Position numbers and translations under genes: made by a program. This document shows positions 14,501-28,801 of a stretch of 64,000 nucleotides of DNA, piece after piece. The notes below the pieces were generated by a model. The model made no database searches, was not told the origin of the DNA, and saw only the letters and a list, made by a program, of their open reading frames with translations. Source of the stretch: Fimbriosthenelais zetlandica (taxonomy: Eukaryota); NCBI GenBank assembly GCA_977030845.1, contig OZ365112.1, positions 18,166,001 through 18,230,000 of the forward strand. The letters run 5' to 3'. Numbering within the stretch: the first letter of the stretch is position 1; each line of letters begins with the position of its first letter.

Positions 14501-17299
14501 AGAGGTTGGATCTCCTGGTAAACTGTTACTATATATATTACTCATGGGCATCCCTGCCGGCCACCTCATTACACCAGAAACAGGTCATGTCAGCCACAAC
14601 AGGTCACATGATTAATATCAAAGCCTGGATCACACGTCGTTAAGTCATGATCGGAGGCTCAAATGATGAAGGATCACGTCATTAATCAACGGACGGACGT
14701 CAGAACGTCGGACACTCCATGTCATGGCAGATATAATCAGAGCTGGATGGACGCTTATGGTGCGATAAATCGCACAGTACACAAAGCTTCGAATCCTTCC
14801 ACACATACAGTCTTTCTCCAAGTGAAATGACTGAACCTTAACACAAATGTTTAGTTGAGAGGGTCTGAGGGGTTTGTAGAAGCATAGTTGGGGAACTAGA
14901 TCCCTCTGCACCGCTCCCTCCAAATATGTGAGGGCAAACTGTGACAGGTGACACCGGATCTGGGCGGCAAGCTTTCATCTCCTCCTGGCCCGCGGGACAA
15001 CGTAGGAGTGTGTGTGGAGGGGGTTGATCCTCAGTGAAAGAAGAGTGTCACACATACAAACCCTCGTCCAACTTGTGCCCCCGTTTGCACAAGTGTGTCC
15101 CGAGGGAACAATTTTGGTTTGGGAATATACACACTGCCTAAAATATGAATTATTTTAAAGGCAAAATAAACACACTATCAGCATGAAGTGAGAATAACAG
15201 TGAAGATAGATTAATCCAAGTAATTCTCATTCCTTTATCTGTTGACTCTTATCCTTCCAGGGAGGTGTAATAATCTGTAGTAATCCATGCCAGATGGACA
15301 GATGATTGCGCCGAGTGTAATCCCAATTACAGACATTAAACCAGGTGTGTTAATTAACACCAGCCAACTATGTAATTAGCTAATTGAGATCCATGGGTGG
15401 CGGCTCGTTTAAATCCTTTAGGTACAAGATGAATGACTTCTTCCGTCAGAATGATTTTATGATGAAGGTATGGGGACGATGTGGCAAATGTCCAGATATC
15501 AAATATAGCTACAGGAAGTAGTGGTCAGCTAGGAAAAGGGCACAAGTGCAGACAGCTCCAATTGCCATTCAGGTCGTTGTAACTCCCGCCATGAATGAAC
15601 ACTGGGTTTATCTTTGTGGGTGCGGGTCCCATGAGTGAATGAATAGAAAATCACCATTGGAGTGTGGCATAAAATATCTATCACAAACTTATATCATAGC
15701 CATGGAAACTAGCAGAGAATGATTCAGGGTTATTCAGTGGTAGGTCACAGTAGACGCAAAAAGATAACGATTTGCCCATCCTTTAGGGGATGAACCTTTC
15801 CCTCTCTGTACAACATTCTCTATTACTCCATCACCTTCTCTCTATGTTCTCCCCTTCTCTACTCCAGACTGCCCCCCGTGACGACAGCTGGTGCCTCTAG
15901 CGGCCACATCAAACATCAACCGTCACCGCGACGTCTGGCGAGAGATTCAGTGAAGCAGGGATGTGCACACAGATGAATGGAGGGTAAACAGTTCCACCCC
16001 TTACACCCCCATCCCATCCTCCCACCCCCAACCTCACCTCACATATACTGTCATACTGTGAGCCCACTCTATAATACAACCTTCAAAGCAGTTTACAATG
16101 ATCTTCTAAAGAACACACGTATTTTAGTGACATTGAATGAAGTACGTATATGTACTTTAATCTGACGTAAATATAGCATCGTTTCAAAGAGTGAAATCAC
16201 CAGTGAAAGTTGAAACAGTTTTCCGTCTATGGAAATCGGTCAGGTTTGATCATGACCCGAGGGCCCTTATTATATGAGAGGCTGTAAGAGGTGTTTGAAC
16301 TTGGCCAGGAAAAGTAAATACCAAAGCCAATAAATCCACAAGTCATTGACGGCCAGGGGCCAATAAACTTCTTATAAAGTTGAAGAGTTTGCCAATGGGT
16401 TACAAATGTATCTAACTATTTCTTCTCTGCTAATGAGAGTCTGTTACATGTACATCACCTCTAATGTATATTTCATTGGTCCCTCATATAGTAGTTATCT
16501 TAGCCTGAAACTTAGAATAGTTGCCACAATTACCTCCAGTCATAGTCCATAAGTTTATGGCTGGAAGAGTTATTTCCTAAAGACCACTTGTTCTATCACC
16601 AAATTACTAACGTCAGTTCGTGACGTCCCCAGTCAGCCGATTTTGGTCGGCGGTTTCTAGCTGAGTGAAATTAAAGGGTTCATGAGGGGCCCGCCCCTCG
16701 AGGCTATAGAGCGCTTTCTACACCTGGATCATTCCACCCTCCCCTACCAGCCTCACTATCACTATGGCAAGGTGGGAGTGGGGCTTAGATTCCGGCCCTG
16801 GTTTTTAGAGAACAGCGGGACAATCATGTACCAAAGAGCTTTACAAGCACCCAGCGACCATCGCTCCAACATCAAAGAGACCAGCGCCGATGGGAGGTCC
16901 CCACTGTTACTATGGCAATGTGAATAGGGGACCGGGCAGGGGCTGGTCGAGTATGGGACAACCCAGAGTGGTGGACAATTACAGAAAGATTAGATCGGTT
17001 AAAAAAAGAAAAATACATTTGTAAATTACGTCAATTACATACCCCTTGTAACGGACTCATAAAATTAAGTCAAAGATACGAGTGGCCAACGTGGTGATTA
17101 CAATTTTAGCTCTCATTCTCAGAGAAAATTAATTTCAAATGGGGTGGGAAATTGAGAACTTTTATTCCACATATTTTCACATTCTTTCCTCTGGTTACCA
17201 GCATGAAGTCAGGGCTGCCTGGATATGTATGCAAGGCGGCACAGATCAAAGGCCCCTACCTGTTTGCATGGACAGGTGCAAAAGTAAACTCACTACCCG

Positions 17300-18100
17300 G
17301 CACCAGGACAAACTAAGGTGTGGGACTACCCTGGTTCCATGCTCGCCCAACGTCCCCTGTCATCTTCGCCGACTTACCGACCTGTCACCCAGTCAGTTCC
17401 GCCCCGCCCCCCTCCGCCTTCACCCCCCGCCCACCTCCGCCCAGTCCTATAAAAATTCATATACACGGGTCTTTTGAAGATCTCCGCCCAGAATTGCTTG
17501 TGAAGTTCACTTAATTTGAGCCTACTTTTCTCGGCGACCAACACCAAAGCCCACCCTCCCTCGGTCCCACAGCGCCTCAGGGCGTTTACCAGGCTGGAGA
17601 TGGCGAGCTTTTGAAGTTCTGTGATCCGCGCTAAACCAACCATAAAAACTCTATAAACCCACAATACACCGCCAATTACAAGTCATGGCCGCCAGGGGCA
17701 GCAATCCTCACATACGGGCCATTGTGACGTCTTTGTTACGTCACTAAAACCCATAGAGATCACGTGACAAAACGCGGCTTTCATAAATAACACGAGATCC
17801 AACCATTCATTGTAATCCCGCGCTAAATACAGGGCCCAGCTTAATGTTATCTTATTAACCAATCAGAAAGCTGATCCTACTCTAGCCCGGGCCTGTAGGG
17901 ACAAGATGGCGGTATAATATAAGAGCGGGGATGTCGGTAAAGATGAAAGGACGCTGGTAATTGTTCTCACAGGTCTGGGCCCTTTCATCTGCTGCCGCTA
18001 ACAACAAAAGTGTCAGTGTCGTCTGCTTTGTAGTTCTATGGCGCGCTACCAGGGGGCAGTGAGTATAAGACAATGGCCACCATTGTTGGAGGCGGTACTT
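17300..18100. promoter_or_regulatory. GC/CpG-rich promoter- or enhancer-like island in Axin intron 3
   Basis: CCGCCC boxes at 17,399, 17,404, 17,425, 17,435 and 17,484; TATAAAA 17,446-17,452; TCACGTGA 17,760; CCAAT 17,859; YY1-type AAGATGGCGG 17,903; CTCF-like motif 18,046; TCF site just upstream at 17,245. Confidence 0.5.
17378..17643 (-). CDS. Candidate alternative first exon of Axin (speculative)
   Basis: ATG at 17,643, 88 open codons, then TCG|GTAAGT. The donor is phase 2, as the Axin exon-4 acceptor requires. Located in a GC/CpG-rich promoter-like island. Confidence 0.2.
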
Positions 18101-18624
18101 TGTAGTTGGTGATAGAAGGGCCTGGACGGGCGGATGGTTGCCATGGAAAAGGGTAATCTTCCTCATTCACTAGAGAAGGATCCAAGACAAAGTTATTGTT
18201 CGGAGCACAATGGTGGAGAGAGTATATGGCCATTGAATGGACATGATAATGGCGGCGCGACATGGGTGCTCTCCCTCCTCACATACATGCTAACATCTCC
18301 CCCGTATCCATGGCGACCTGACCCTTGACACATCCCGCCCTCTCCTGTTTACTTTTGGCCCTCCCTGTACTCGGGAGAGTTCCACTTCCACCATCGCTAT
18401 GTCCTGCCGATCGTCTGAAGTTCGCCGCCAACGATGCATCTCGTGGACTACCTCTTTCCTCCACCCTCTCTTCACTCTCAACACATACTCATAGGGGGAG
18501 CGACAGGGCCTCGCCTAGCCGTTGCTATGGCGACCCGACACTACCACCCAGACGGTAATGACCTATAGGGTCATCAGAGTTGACCTTGACCTCTGATGTA
18601 GGATAGGATGACAGTCATAGACCA

Positions 18625-18644
18625 GGGGGGGGGGGGGGGGGGGG
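18625..18644. repeat. Poly-G run (20 nt) followed by further G-tracts
   Basis: Read directly from the sequence. Confidence 0.9.
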
Positions 18645-20555
18645 TGGTGGTAGGGTGAGTGGGGGAAGAGGAGCATGCTACAGCAACCAGACATCCCGGA
18701 AATATTTCCTTCGACTCAAGATCTGAGGTCGCTATTTGTCAATTTGCATTAACTTCATGTGAGGTAGCGATAAAGAGATCGTCGGCCGTTTCTGGGACTT
18801 CCGGTGCCCCCACCACCCGATGAGTGTAATGCATGTAACACCTGCCCCTACCCCCGCCCACCCACCTCACACCAAACCTGCTTATGATTGGACTCTGAAA
18901 GATGTTTGAAAGATGCATCTCTGAAAGGTGGCTCTGTAGGCAAGAAGAGAGGGGAGGGGGCGGCAGGTGTTTCTAGCCTTTGAAGTGTCCAGGTGATAGC
19001 TACTTACACACCAATACACACACCTGTACAAGAGCCCCAATGACACAGTCACAAACACAGTCAGGTCAATATTAGCTCTGTGAACGGTCCGAGATCGAAA
19101 ATTGGGATCAGTTTTAGAAATGGGAGAGGAGGAAATGGGGGTGGGGTGAGGAAACTCTCCCCTTTTAGGCCTACTCAGAGTTCAACTCTAAACAACACAC
19201 AATGATCTCATGGTCTTTCTCTCCGTTCTCTTATCAATAAACGTGGTCTTATCTACCTACCTTTTAAGGGTGTTTTATCAAGGGTGATAAGAAGTCTTTT
19301 GATATCGCTAAGTGCCATATTTCGTGCTTGACAAATAATCAAGTGCAAGTATTGACCATTGGTTGTGTGAGTGAGCGTGTATGGGTGTGCTTTCTATTGC
19401 CTCATTTGTGGTCAGGGTGAGCGATCAAGAAAGCAACTAAAGCAGAATAATTTCTTTTATAAGTAGAGTTAAAAAAAATTGTATTCACCATGACAGAATA
19501 TCAAGTGCCTCTTGAATGGAATCATCTAAACCTGAAAATTGGCTGTAGAAAATATAAGAATTTCAGAAAAATACAACATAACATCACAGTAGTTCTAATA
19601 CACACTGAGACCCTATGTGAAACATTTCTATTTGAAATAGGACTTTTAGCCAGTCTCAATATCATATTGAAACCATTATGATCTTTCCAACTCTTAAATC
19701 ATGATTTGACCAACTTCACTCAAAGACCTTTTTTTCCTGACCTTGGTCTCCAAGGAAGTGTCCTGGTCATACAGGCTGACCTGTCACCAACTGGAGCTCT
19801 CCACTGATGGAGGGGAGATATTTACAGAGCTTATCATCAAGAGCGGCCTCTAACGGCGATCACACACGATCACACAGACCGCTAGAGGGAGGCATGGGGC
19901 CAGACAAGCTTTGATCTCAGGCCGAGTGTGTGTCGGCGTCTAACATGTAACCCTCCACATGATGGCCATGCTATATTAGCGGTGATAACCGGTGATAGGC
20001 CTATCTTAGATACACATCACTTATATGGGTCACTGCATCAGCTGATAACTCCACCTTTGACCGTGTTTAATGGTAAAATATCGATAAAAGTGTGATGAAG
20101 GAAATGCTGGCGTTGAGTGATATTTATTAAAATAGAATATCAAGTGTGGAGGCCTGATATACTCGTGTCCAGACAGGTGCTTGTCTTCACCACACTATAA
20201 TATAGGGTGGCGGTCATTGTTTGGAGAGGATGGAATGATCCCCCAGTACATGAGGTCTGGTGATAGGTATATGACCTAATCAATCATAGATAGCTACCTC
20301 TGATCTCAAACCATGTCCGTGACCACACAAACATTCATATGAGATAAAGAATTATTCATATTTCTCCTTCAATTCATGAGTACAAGAAGACAACGATCTT
20401 TTTTGATCTTACGTTATCAGCTATGGGTTGTCCTTGTCAGTACAATCTCCTCAGTGTCTCCATCGCCGCCCTTTAGAACCTACCAGTTTCAGTGCAAATG
20501 TCATGATTTGAGCATTAATTTAATTGATTTAATAATAGAATGGTACTGTACTTAC

Positions 20556-20708
20556 ACACTGCTGTCTGTAAGTGACATCGTGTCGTCCGTGAGGGCATCA
20601 CTTGACAGTGATTGGAGCTCACTATCCTGTGCCGAGACGGGTGCGTACGAAACATGATGGTAAGGGTTTATTGAATTCCGTCCCGAATGATTCAGTGATG
20701 GGTAAACT
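20556..20708 (-). CDS. Axin: Axin coding exon 3 (Ser/Asp-rich segment after RGS)
   Basis: Acceptor ttttatttcAG, phase 2. Encodes VYPSLNHSGRNSINPYHHVSYAPVSAQDSELQSLSSDALTDDTMSLTDSSV, matching the Axin ...[22 protein letters not shown] motif. Donor GT|GTAAGT (153 nt). Confidence 0.95.
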
Positions 20709-23700
20709 CTGAAATAAAAAGGCAAAATATTGTTAAAATACATCATTGAATGGAGGAAAATGTGTATTATAATTAGATGAATCCTATGAATCTTTTCTGT
20801 AGGCCTATATTATATGAAAGTGTAAGTGTTATTTCGACAGAGCCCCAACAGATTAACAATTCTCATAGTGTTAAATTTCTAGTGTATAATTGGCAGGGAA
20901 ATGGTTGAACATCAGAGATATACTCCTCTGGCAAACTAGAGGTCATCAATATGTGATCAGAGGGGGAGAGGAGATGAGGGTGATTGAGGAAGCAGACGGG
21001 AACGTCTTGAATACAGCATACGGCCTGTCAAACATCTTTACCAGATAACTGATGCCCCATCTCTATTGTTGTCAGAAAACAAACCCACCCCCGCCTCAGG
21101 TGATATACTACCAATCATTCACAAATAATCAAGACCTTAATCTATACCAACAGCTCTCTATTCTCTCCCCCACCCCGCACCATCTCAAAACCCAATCCTC
21201 ACAGACACAAATCAGTGATGTCCCCGTCACGATTTATTGGTCATTACAAGCAGTCTTTTGGGTACCTTGCCAGACTTCACCTGTTGAATACCCCTACACC
21301 CTACCAGACTAAACCCACACCCCGTCATGCGGTCACTTCAAAAAAACCTAGTGTGGGCGGCTCGATCGGGGGCTCGGGTAACTATGACAACCCAAGTAAC
21401 AAATCAGCAGGTATATCCCATTGGGAGGCGGAAACATTAGTGCTGAACACACAACTGAGATAATTGGTTATTTTTAAAGTTTAGTCATAAAAATGTCCCA
21501 CTCAGGGTGTCTGATTTATACACCTTCAGGTAAGCACTCAAGTTGCTAAGCAACTTGAAACGTGTTTGTCACTTTTCCCACCATTCACCTCTCTGTCACT
21601 ATCCCGACCTGACTTTCACATTACAAAACTTGGCTCTAAACTTCAGAGAAAACTTTTGATCACGGAGCGCATCCGGACCCGAGGAAAAAGCCAGAGGATG
21701 GGTGTATCAAGCGGAGGGGTGGGATGGGGGAGTGGAAGGAGAGCACCCAGTTCTTTCTTCTCTGGGTGTATACGCTTTAATGTTTGCCCCGTCAGTGTAA
21801 CGTCAATGTAATGACATGAGGAGCGCTACCATTGTCTGAACCTGTTCAATGTGTAACTACATGTACAGCGCGGTCTTCTCTCATCACCCAGGCGTGACGT
21901 CATCAGGTGCATGATCACATGACCTTGGGGAGGAGGTTCACGACCTTCTTCATACAGTCACACACAATCTGACTTCATAAAGGGGATATATGTCCCTCAA
22001 AACCAGCCTATCCCTAATCCTTACCAACACAAAGAGATGAACAACATTCTGACATTGTACTGTGTGCCTATTGTTCACATGATAACATGAATGGAAGGCC
22101 AAACCCCATGTAACGAGTTAGCAACTTGGGGTCCATTCAAACCACTAAGGACAGAAGGACCTGAGGCTAAGCTCAAAATAAACTGGCGGGAAGGGCTACA
22201 GTCTACTTCCCCGGCCTAATTCCTCACGAGATTTACTTTTTTCTTGTCAAAAAAGTGATAGGTATCAAGAGGGCGAATAGGTTTAAGATGAATGTAATGG
22301 GCCCTTAAAATATGGTTTACCTCCAGTTTGAAAAACTTAAAGATAACACCTACATGCATGAGTCATTTGAGAAGAAAGACTTAAGAAATATTTTTCAGAC
22401 AAGTGAAAATAAAATGTTAAAGAAAAAATCATGGCTTCTGCCTAGCATCAGACCTGTATAAGTTCTGACATTTCACACAGATGTGTCGATCCATGTGTAT
22501 ATCTGACATCTGTAAAAACACACACACAAACATATGGCACTACTTTCATTTTGCCACAACTTTTTGACTCATAATTTTTTTCCTCTCCTTCGCTCCTCTT
22601 TCATGACAACCGCCTTTATTTATTTGATTTCCTTATCCTTTAGGGACCGAATCCGTCACGCAGGTTTACTTTCATCCAATATCTTGTTTCAAACATTCAC
22701 TCCCTGTCATGGTAAAATCCAGTAACCACCCCCACCCCTACCCCTTACCACGAACACATACACATCCTACCCATCGAAAATATGAGCAGATGAAGGGAAG
22801 TACTATACGTGAATCGGTCATTTCATGATATTGTCCCAGAGTGACTTCAAAGAGAAAGGAAATTATGTAAATTGGCCAACATGATCTGCTAGCTTTGATA
22901 AAGACAGTATGACCACACGATGAGCGATAATAGGCCAAGAGCAGGAAAGGTTTGTGTGCACATTACAAGAACAACATCTGGCGCCATGTCCAACCTACTA
23001 CTGCATGCTGGGAGTGTAATGGGACAGAGTAGGACAGACGGATGGACAGACGCCGACTAAGACATCTATACCTGGCAACCATCTGCCACAAATGAGATAC
23101 AGACATGCGCACTGCTCCATATTATTAATAATTCAATTATCCCACCAAATGATAATTAACGAACTAGTGGGCTAACAATTAAGAGTAACACTCACGATAT
23201 TAAAAGTAGAAATACTTTCTATATTTTCTAAACTAAAGGCTACGTTTCTTCAAGCTCTCTTATCTATAATAAGCTGAACATCCATACAATATAAAACACT
23301 GGAAACTAGGGGTGTTTCTATTACAACTCAAGTCAAGTATATAAATTGTGGGTGGAGTGTATATCTTTTTATAGAAGCCCTATAATGGGTAAAGAATGAG
23401 GTAGGGGTGGAATAGCAGCTACCTAGCACGCATCCAGGGCTGTAAAACTGAATACCTGCAGAGAAATCTGCATGCAGACAATGCGAGGAGGAGATAAGGC
23501 ACATTCAAAAGCGTTCCTCACTCCGCCTTCTTATACGCGTGAACGCGTGTGTGAAGCGTGTTCCCAAACCCTAACATACACTATCTTCCACCGAGGAGAT
23601 AATTATAGTCCAGCTCTTATGAAAATATTTCCAAGAGCATTCATTTCCTATCTGAAAATCTGATATAATCGAAAGTCACTTGGGTCGTTTCTAACTAGCA

Positions 23701-26700
23701 AGAAAAGCTAGTATCATTACCATAGTAACGGCTAGGTCTTTATCACTTGTAATGACCTTTGTTTATGGCCCTTTTTTATTGCCTTCATTATGCCATTATT
23801 GTATGGGTCACCGGTAACAATAGGGAAATGACCACGAGGAGATGATACAGACGGGAAACTGGTGCTACTTAACGGTCAGACACGGGGTATTGTTACTCAC
23901 CCCAGGCAATGGTTGAGTATTAAAATTCACCAGATCAAAGGCACAACCGATCCAGATCAACTGCTTAGTATAATATATATGTGTGCAGTGAACGGACTAG
24001 AACTTTAGTTTTTCATGAATAATTACACAAAGGAAATGGTAGGCATCACTTCAATAAAGATGATTATTCTTTTGAGTTAAATCGACCACCCACCCAAACG
24101 TATATAAACTGGTATCTCGACACAGGAATTCAAGGCTTTAAAAGACTTTCTGAGGGAGACCCTGAAGCAGAACAAGTCTAGTGGATGGGATTTAGAGGTA
24201 GTAGACCCAGTTTCCTGACCTAGAACCCAGACCTCCCACACCCACACATGACTCCCACAGCTTAGTAAAACTAGATTTGCAGCTTTCTCTTATCCACTCC
24301 ACACACTACTCACATCAACTAAATAAAGATTTGAACCTTCTAGATTCATAAATACTTGTAATCATCATAAACATATCTGCCTGAAATCAACCACTACATG
24401 TTCCAATCAGAGTACACATTAATTTATTAAGAGATTTGATCAAGGTCTGAGCAAGTTTAAGGAGCACCGTTAGATGATTGTTCATGCTCACCTGGAGGTA
24501 GCTCCAGCCTGCTGCCCTACCTCTACCCTCAGTGTACTTACAGGACTACCTTAGATCCTGGAGAAGGCCTATACCTTTCTCCAAACCCAGCTCAGGGGTG
24601 GCCTGAGGGGGAGGGTGGAGAAGGGGTTTAGATATGATCATGTGAGCTCTCCATGGGAAGGGAGTGGAAGAAATAGACCTACATTACAGCCATACTAGAT
24701 CAGGGATATTCTCTGGGGTACGCTGGTATGGCTGGGTTTGGCAGGTGGAGTGGTTATACAGCTGGACTTTTTTGACATTATCTGTGACCTTGCCTTATAC
24801 ACATCCTTTATGTCACCACTAGATCTATCTTTTAGCAATGGGGGGCGAATGCAGCAAATCCTGCCCATATCTCTTAGAGTGACAAAATATTTTGACCTTT
24901 AAACCAAAATCTGTAAAATACAAAGATGAAGGCACTTAGGCAATAGATAAATCGGCAGGGGAGCGGAAGTTATTGAGTTGATAGGGACTGGGCAGGGTGA
25001 AGGTAAATCTGGTAGTTGGCCACAAGGTGGTGCTACTGACATTTGTCCTGGGCGGGGCTGACAATCAGCCGTCACAACAAACAGTACTTTACCATCTCAC
25101 ACAGAGGAGAATTCCACCACATCAAGCAAAATAGAAATTCCCACCAGACCGATAAGTCATCTCCAAGTACAACCTTTGATCACCCAGAGAAAGAAACCTG
25201 GAGCTCAGCAGATGAGAGCAGTATAATCAGCAGCTGTCTATGTAGCAGATAACTGCTAACAAAGATCCAGCAAAGTGTACTAATAAAACCCACCAAGGTA
25301 TTCATTCATCTCGTTTTACCAATATGAAAACATGTACATTACCCGTCACCACTCAGCTGAATCCAAGTTTGTCCGTCTTTGACACTTCTATCATATGTAG
25401 ATGAACACTTTCCTGATCTTCCTCCCATCTTGACTCAACAAAGACTGGAACTAATACTAACACCTTCTAAGGTTTTACGTGTTAAGTCATTAAACATGCT
25501 AAAGGTGAGGCTCCAGTAACATATGGCTAGCGATGGGACAAATTTAGGACGAGAGAAATAGTGTTAAGCTGCACCTATGATTGCTATTAAAGATGGAGTT
25601 TGTAAAGGACCCAAATCATTTAGGATCCTAAGAACCTCAAAATTATTCCTTATAGGAATGTTTTGCGATTTCAAGATGAGATGTCTAATAAACATATAGG
25701 ATATTGCAACACCACTCATCAATATTAAATAAATGAAGACGAGATATTCTTTTCATCACGCAATTTAACAGATATAGAGCAATTTTCAACATTGCCCACT
25801 GAAGAAAGTGGAACAAGAATATATCTAGAGAGAGTATCGACTAATCAACTCATCGGTTGAACTATACAATTGTGTACGTTACTGTTTTGTCCTGCGGACG
25901 GAAATGTTAATTACTCTTGGAATACTTGTGGCCTAATTATGACAGCGGTAAACTGTCCGCCTCGGTCGGATCATTTGTCATAAGGGAGAAGAGAACAGGA
26001 TGTTGTGGTCTTCACGGTGGGTGCATATAGAGAGGTATCTCTCTTCAAGCTAGCGTGATAGGCATATAGAATTATTGAAAAACTGCTGAAAACTTACTGA
26101 AATTCACTTGCATACAAATTAATCGAACGGCTTTTCATTGAAAAATAGATATCCCCAAATAGATATACCGAACCAAAATATCAACAGCAGTCAACAGTTC
26201 CCCTAAACTTATTCATCCATTTTTACAATATAATTTCAAGTTTCCCCCATTTTCTCTTAGCTAATATAAGTTCCATGCTATGTTTGACCATTGCCACCCA
26301 ACACGCACACACATCAACATCAAAGAAGACTGTCCTCTGCGTCTTGTAATCACCTGGCTGTAAGCCAAAATCTGACAAAACGCAACCAAAATGTACCATA
26401 AAGTGAAGATAGGGAACCTGACACAAAAATTGGATTCTTTTCAATTTCTCCAATAACAAAATATATATTTATAAATAATAATTTGCATTGGGAAAATCCT
26501 TTTCTAATATGCTCGATAACCAGTATCGGAATCAGGAAAAGCAAGTGGGCAAAATCCCTTTAGTGTGGTGGGATCCTGTTAGAAGCAACCAAACTTCCAC
26601 GTGATAAATCACAATATTTTTCAATTTTCCATGTGACTTTCCGCCAGACACTCGAAAAAATTTAGGGGCAAAAACGGCTCCCTCACAAATGATCCTAGAC

Positions 26701-28801
26701 CCTGACTTCTCGCTAATCAATCTACATTTACATCAAACTTTCAAGCGGGATTTTTTAAAAGGTTGACCACGGGAAATGTGCTCTCTTCAAAGCCTGTGGA
26801 CATGTGTGACTGATTATCTGTTATATGATTCCATAAGAATTTCGTTACAAGGGATTGAGGGTGGGGGTTGGGGGTGCTCCAGAGGAGTAACACGATCTAA
26901 CTAGACTTGTGTAGAGGTACTAGTTCTTCAAACCAAATATCTAGTGAATATTGCACACAGCCTAGCAAAACTTTACTAGTACAGTGAACAAACTGGATAG
27001 AAACAACATGGTAAATTTGAAATCACAAGTGGTGCGATTTAAAAAGAAAAAAGAGCATCAACCGAAGATAATGTAAAATCCTGACCCGGGACATGAGCAC
27101 GCCTGACATTAGCAGTGCAAGTCTGGTCTGGGGTAGCCCTCTGCCCCTACTTTGATCGTTCACCAAGACGCCGCGAGAGGCGCTAGCAAATAACTGTGTG
27201 TAACACCAGAACGGGACTGTACCCGACCTCTCAACTTTGACCCTGACGTCCTCATGACGCATGCGCGATCACTCAGCACATTCTGACAGAGGAAAAGTGG
27301 AGAAATTTGCACAGAAATTTGGTCTTAATTCATTTTGAAGCATTCCACTGTATACAAAGGCTTTAAATCTTTGGGCTAAAGAGAAATAAATTCCCTTGAA
27401 TGAGAGCACTGGTTAGCCTGTCCCCCCAAAAAAACACCAGTAAGACTAGGCCTTTTGCACAAAGATGAGGTCAACCAAAGAGAAAAGTTTAAATCCATCC
27501 CCTGGTAGGAGGATACGATTCTGGGGACATTAAGGGCATTGGGTGTCAGTGAGTGTGTGGTGGGGCCATGGTAGACATAGTCTAGCCTATTAACATGACT
27601 CTGACCTAGATCGGATACGATGATCAACTATGCTGACCCACATCTGTGTTTTAGCCCAATTCGGAGATAATCATCCTGGATCTATGAGCCTGTAATTAGG
27701 CGATAGCCGGTATGTCAGGGTCACAGAGAGTTCCATGAATGGAGAACAGTGCATTACAAAAAGAATGTCATTTGTGACGCTGGATCCTTAGTCTTACCAA
27801 TATCTAAAAGTGAATGAGTCTCAATAGTGAATGAGAAAATTTACCAAAAAATTCCAATGGAAACCAATGCATTCTGAATCTAACCTAACACCATATTAGG
27901 ACAATGATGCCTGTGGCAATTATCCAATGGCATCGATTCGTTGTCTAGGGTCATCAAACAAAGATTTAATTAGTCACACAGTCAGTTAGTCCGCAGGGCA
28001 ACAGTACCGGTACATCACATCCCATTATCATGATTAACTCTATAAATTCTATGTCCCAACAAGCTTTATCCAAGCATGTTTACATTTTAACACCTTTTGT
28101 AAACAGGTACCATTCATGTACAAATTAATCACCCACGGGATCTAATTAAAGTTCACCAACCAAAAAGACTTGCCCAAATAAACTATCGGTAGAACAGGAT
28201 TGAGGAAGAACCACTTTTAACAAAGAAATGTATGAATTTGCAAACCAGGAGAACAAAATAATGTCTGCTGAACATCACAAGAATTTGATCCTTAACGTTT
28301 TCCATGCCTCCATATCTAGATTATAGACTGACATTCTGTTATCGCAACATGCCCTCAACAACCCTCAGGTTAGCTCTTGAAGCGGCAGGGGGCACGTAAT
28401 GCTTGTGTAGGTAAGAAACCAAAAGCAAACATCAAAGAGAGGCTGGAACCAGGAACCCAAAGACTGGTGGAAACTCCTTGTTGTCGACCAGACTTCCTCA
28501 GATCTCAACCTCAACTCCTCCATGACAAAGAAGAAAGATGGCATGTCGATGTGAAGGAGGAGCATCAGTGGATCCCAATAAGTAATTATGTCGATCAAAC
28601 ATCGATCAGGCAGCCGGAACAAGTTTATACCTCACTCCAATTTCATCTTAAAATGCTACTTGAATTAAGTTTTGCTTCAACCAAATATTTCAATATCTGA
28701 ATATCCTAAACACGATGGATAACCCTTCTTTACCTAAATGAATATTCAAAATTAAACTTTATATTTATTAATATATGAGCTAGGTAAGGAGTGATACTTA
28801 C

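Noticed and set aside
28377-28700. 107-aa plus-strand ORF next to Axin exon 2
   Set aside because: No recognisable homology or exon structure.
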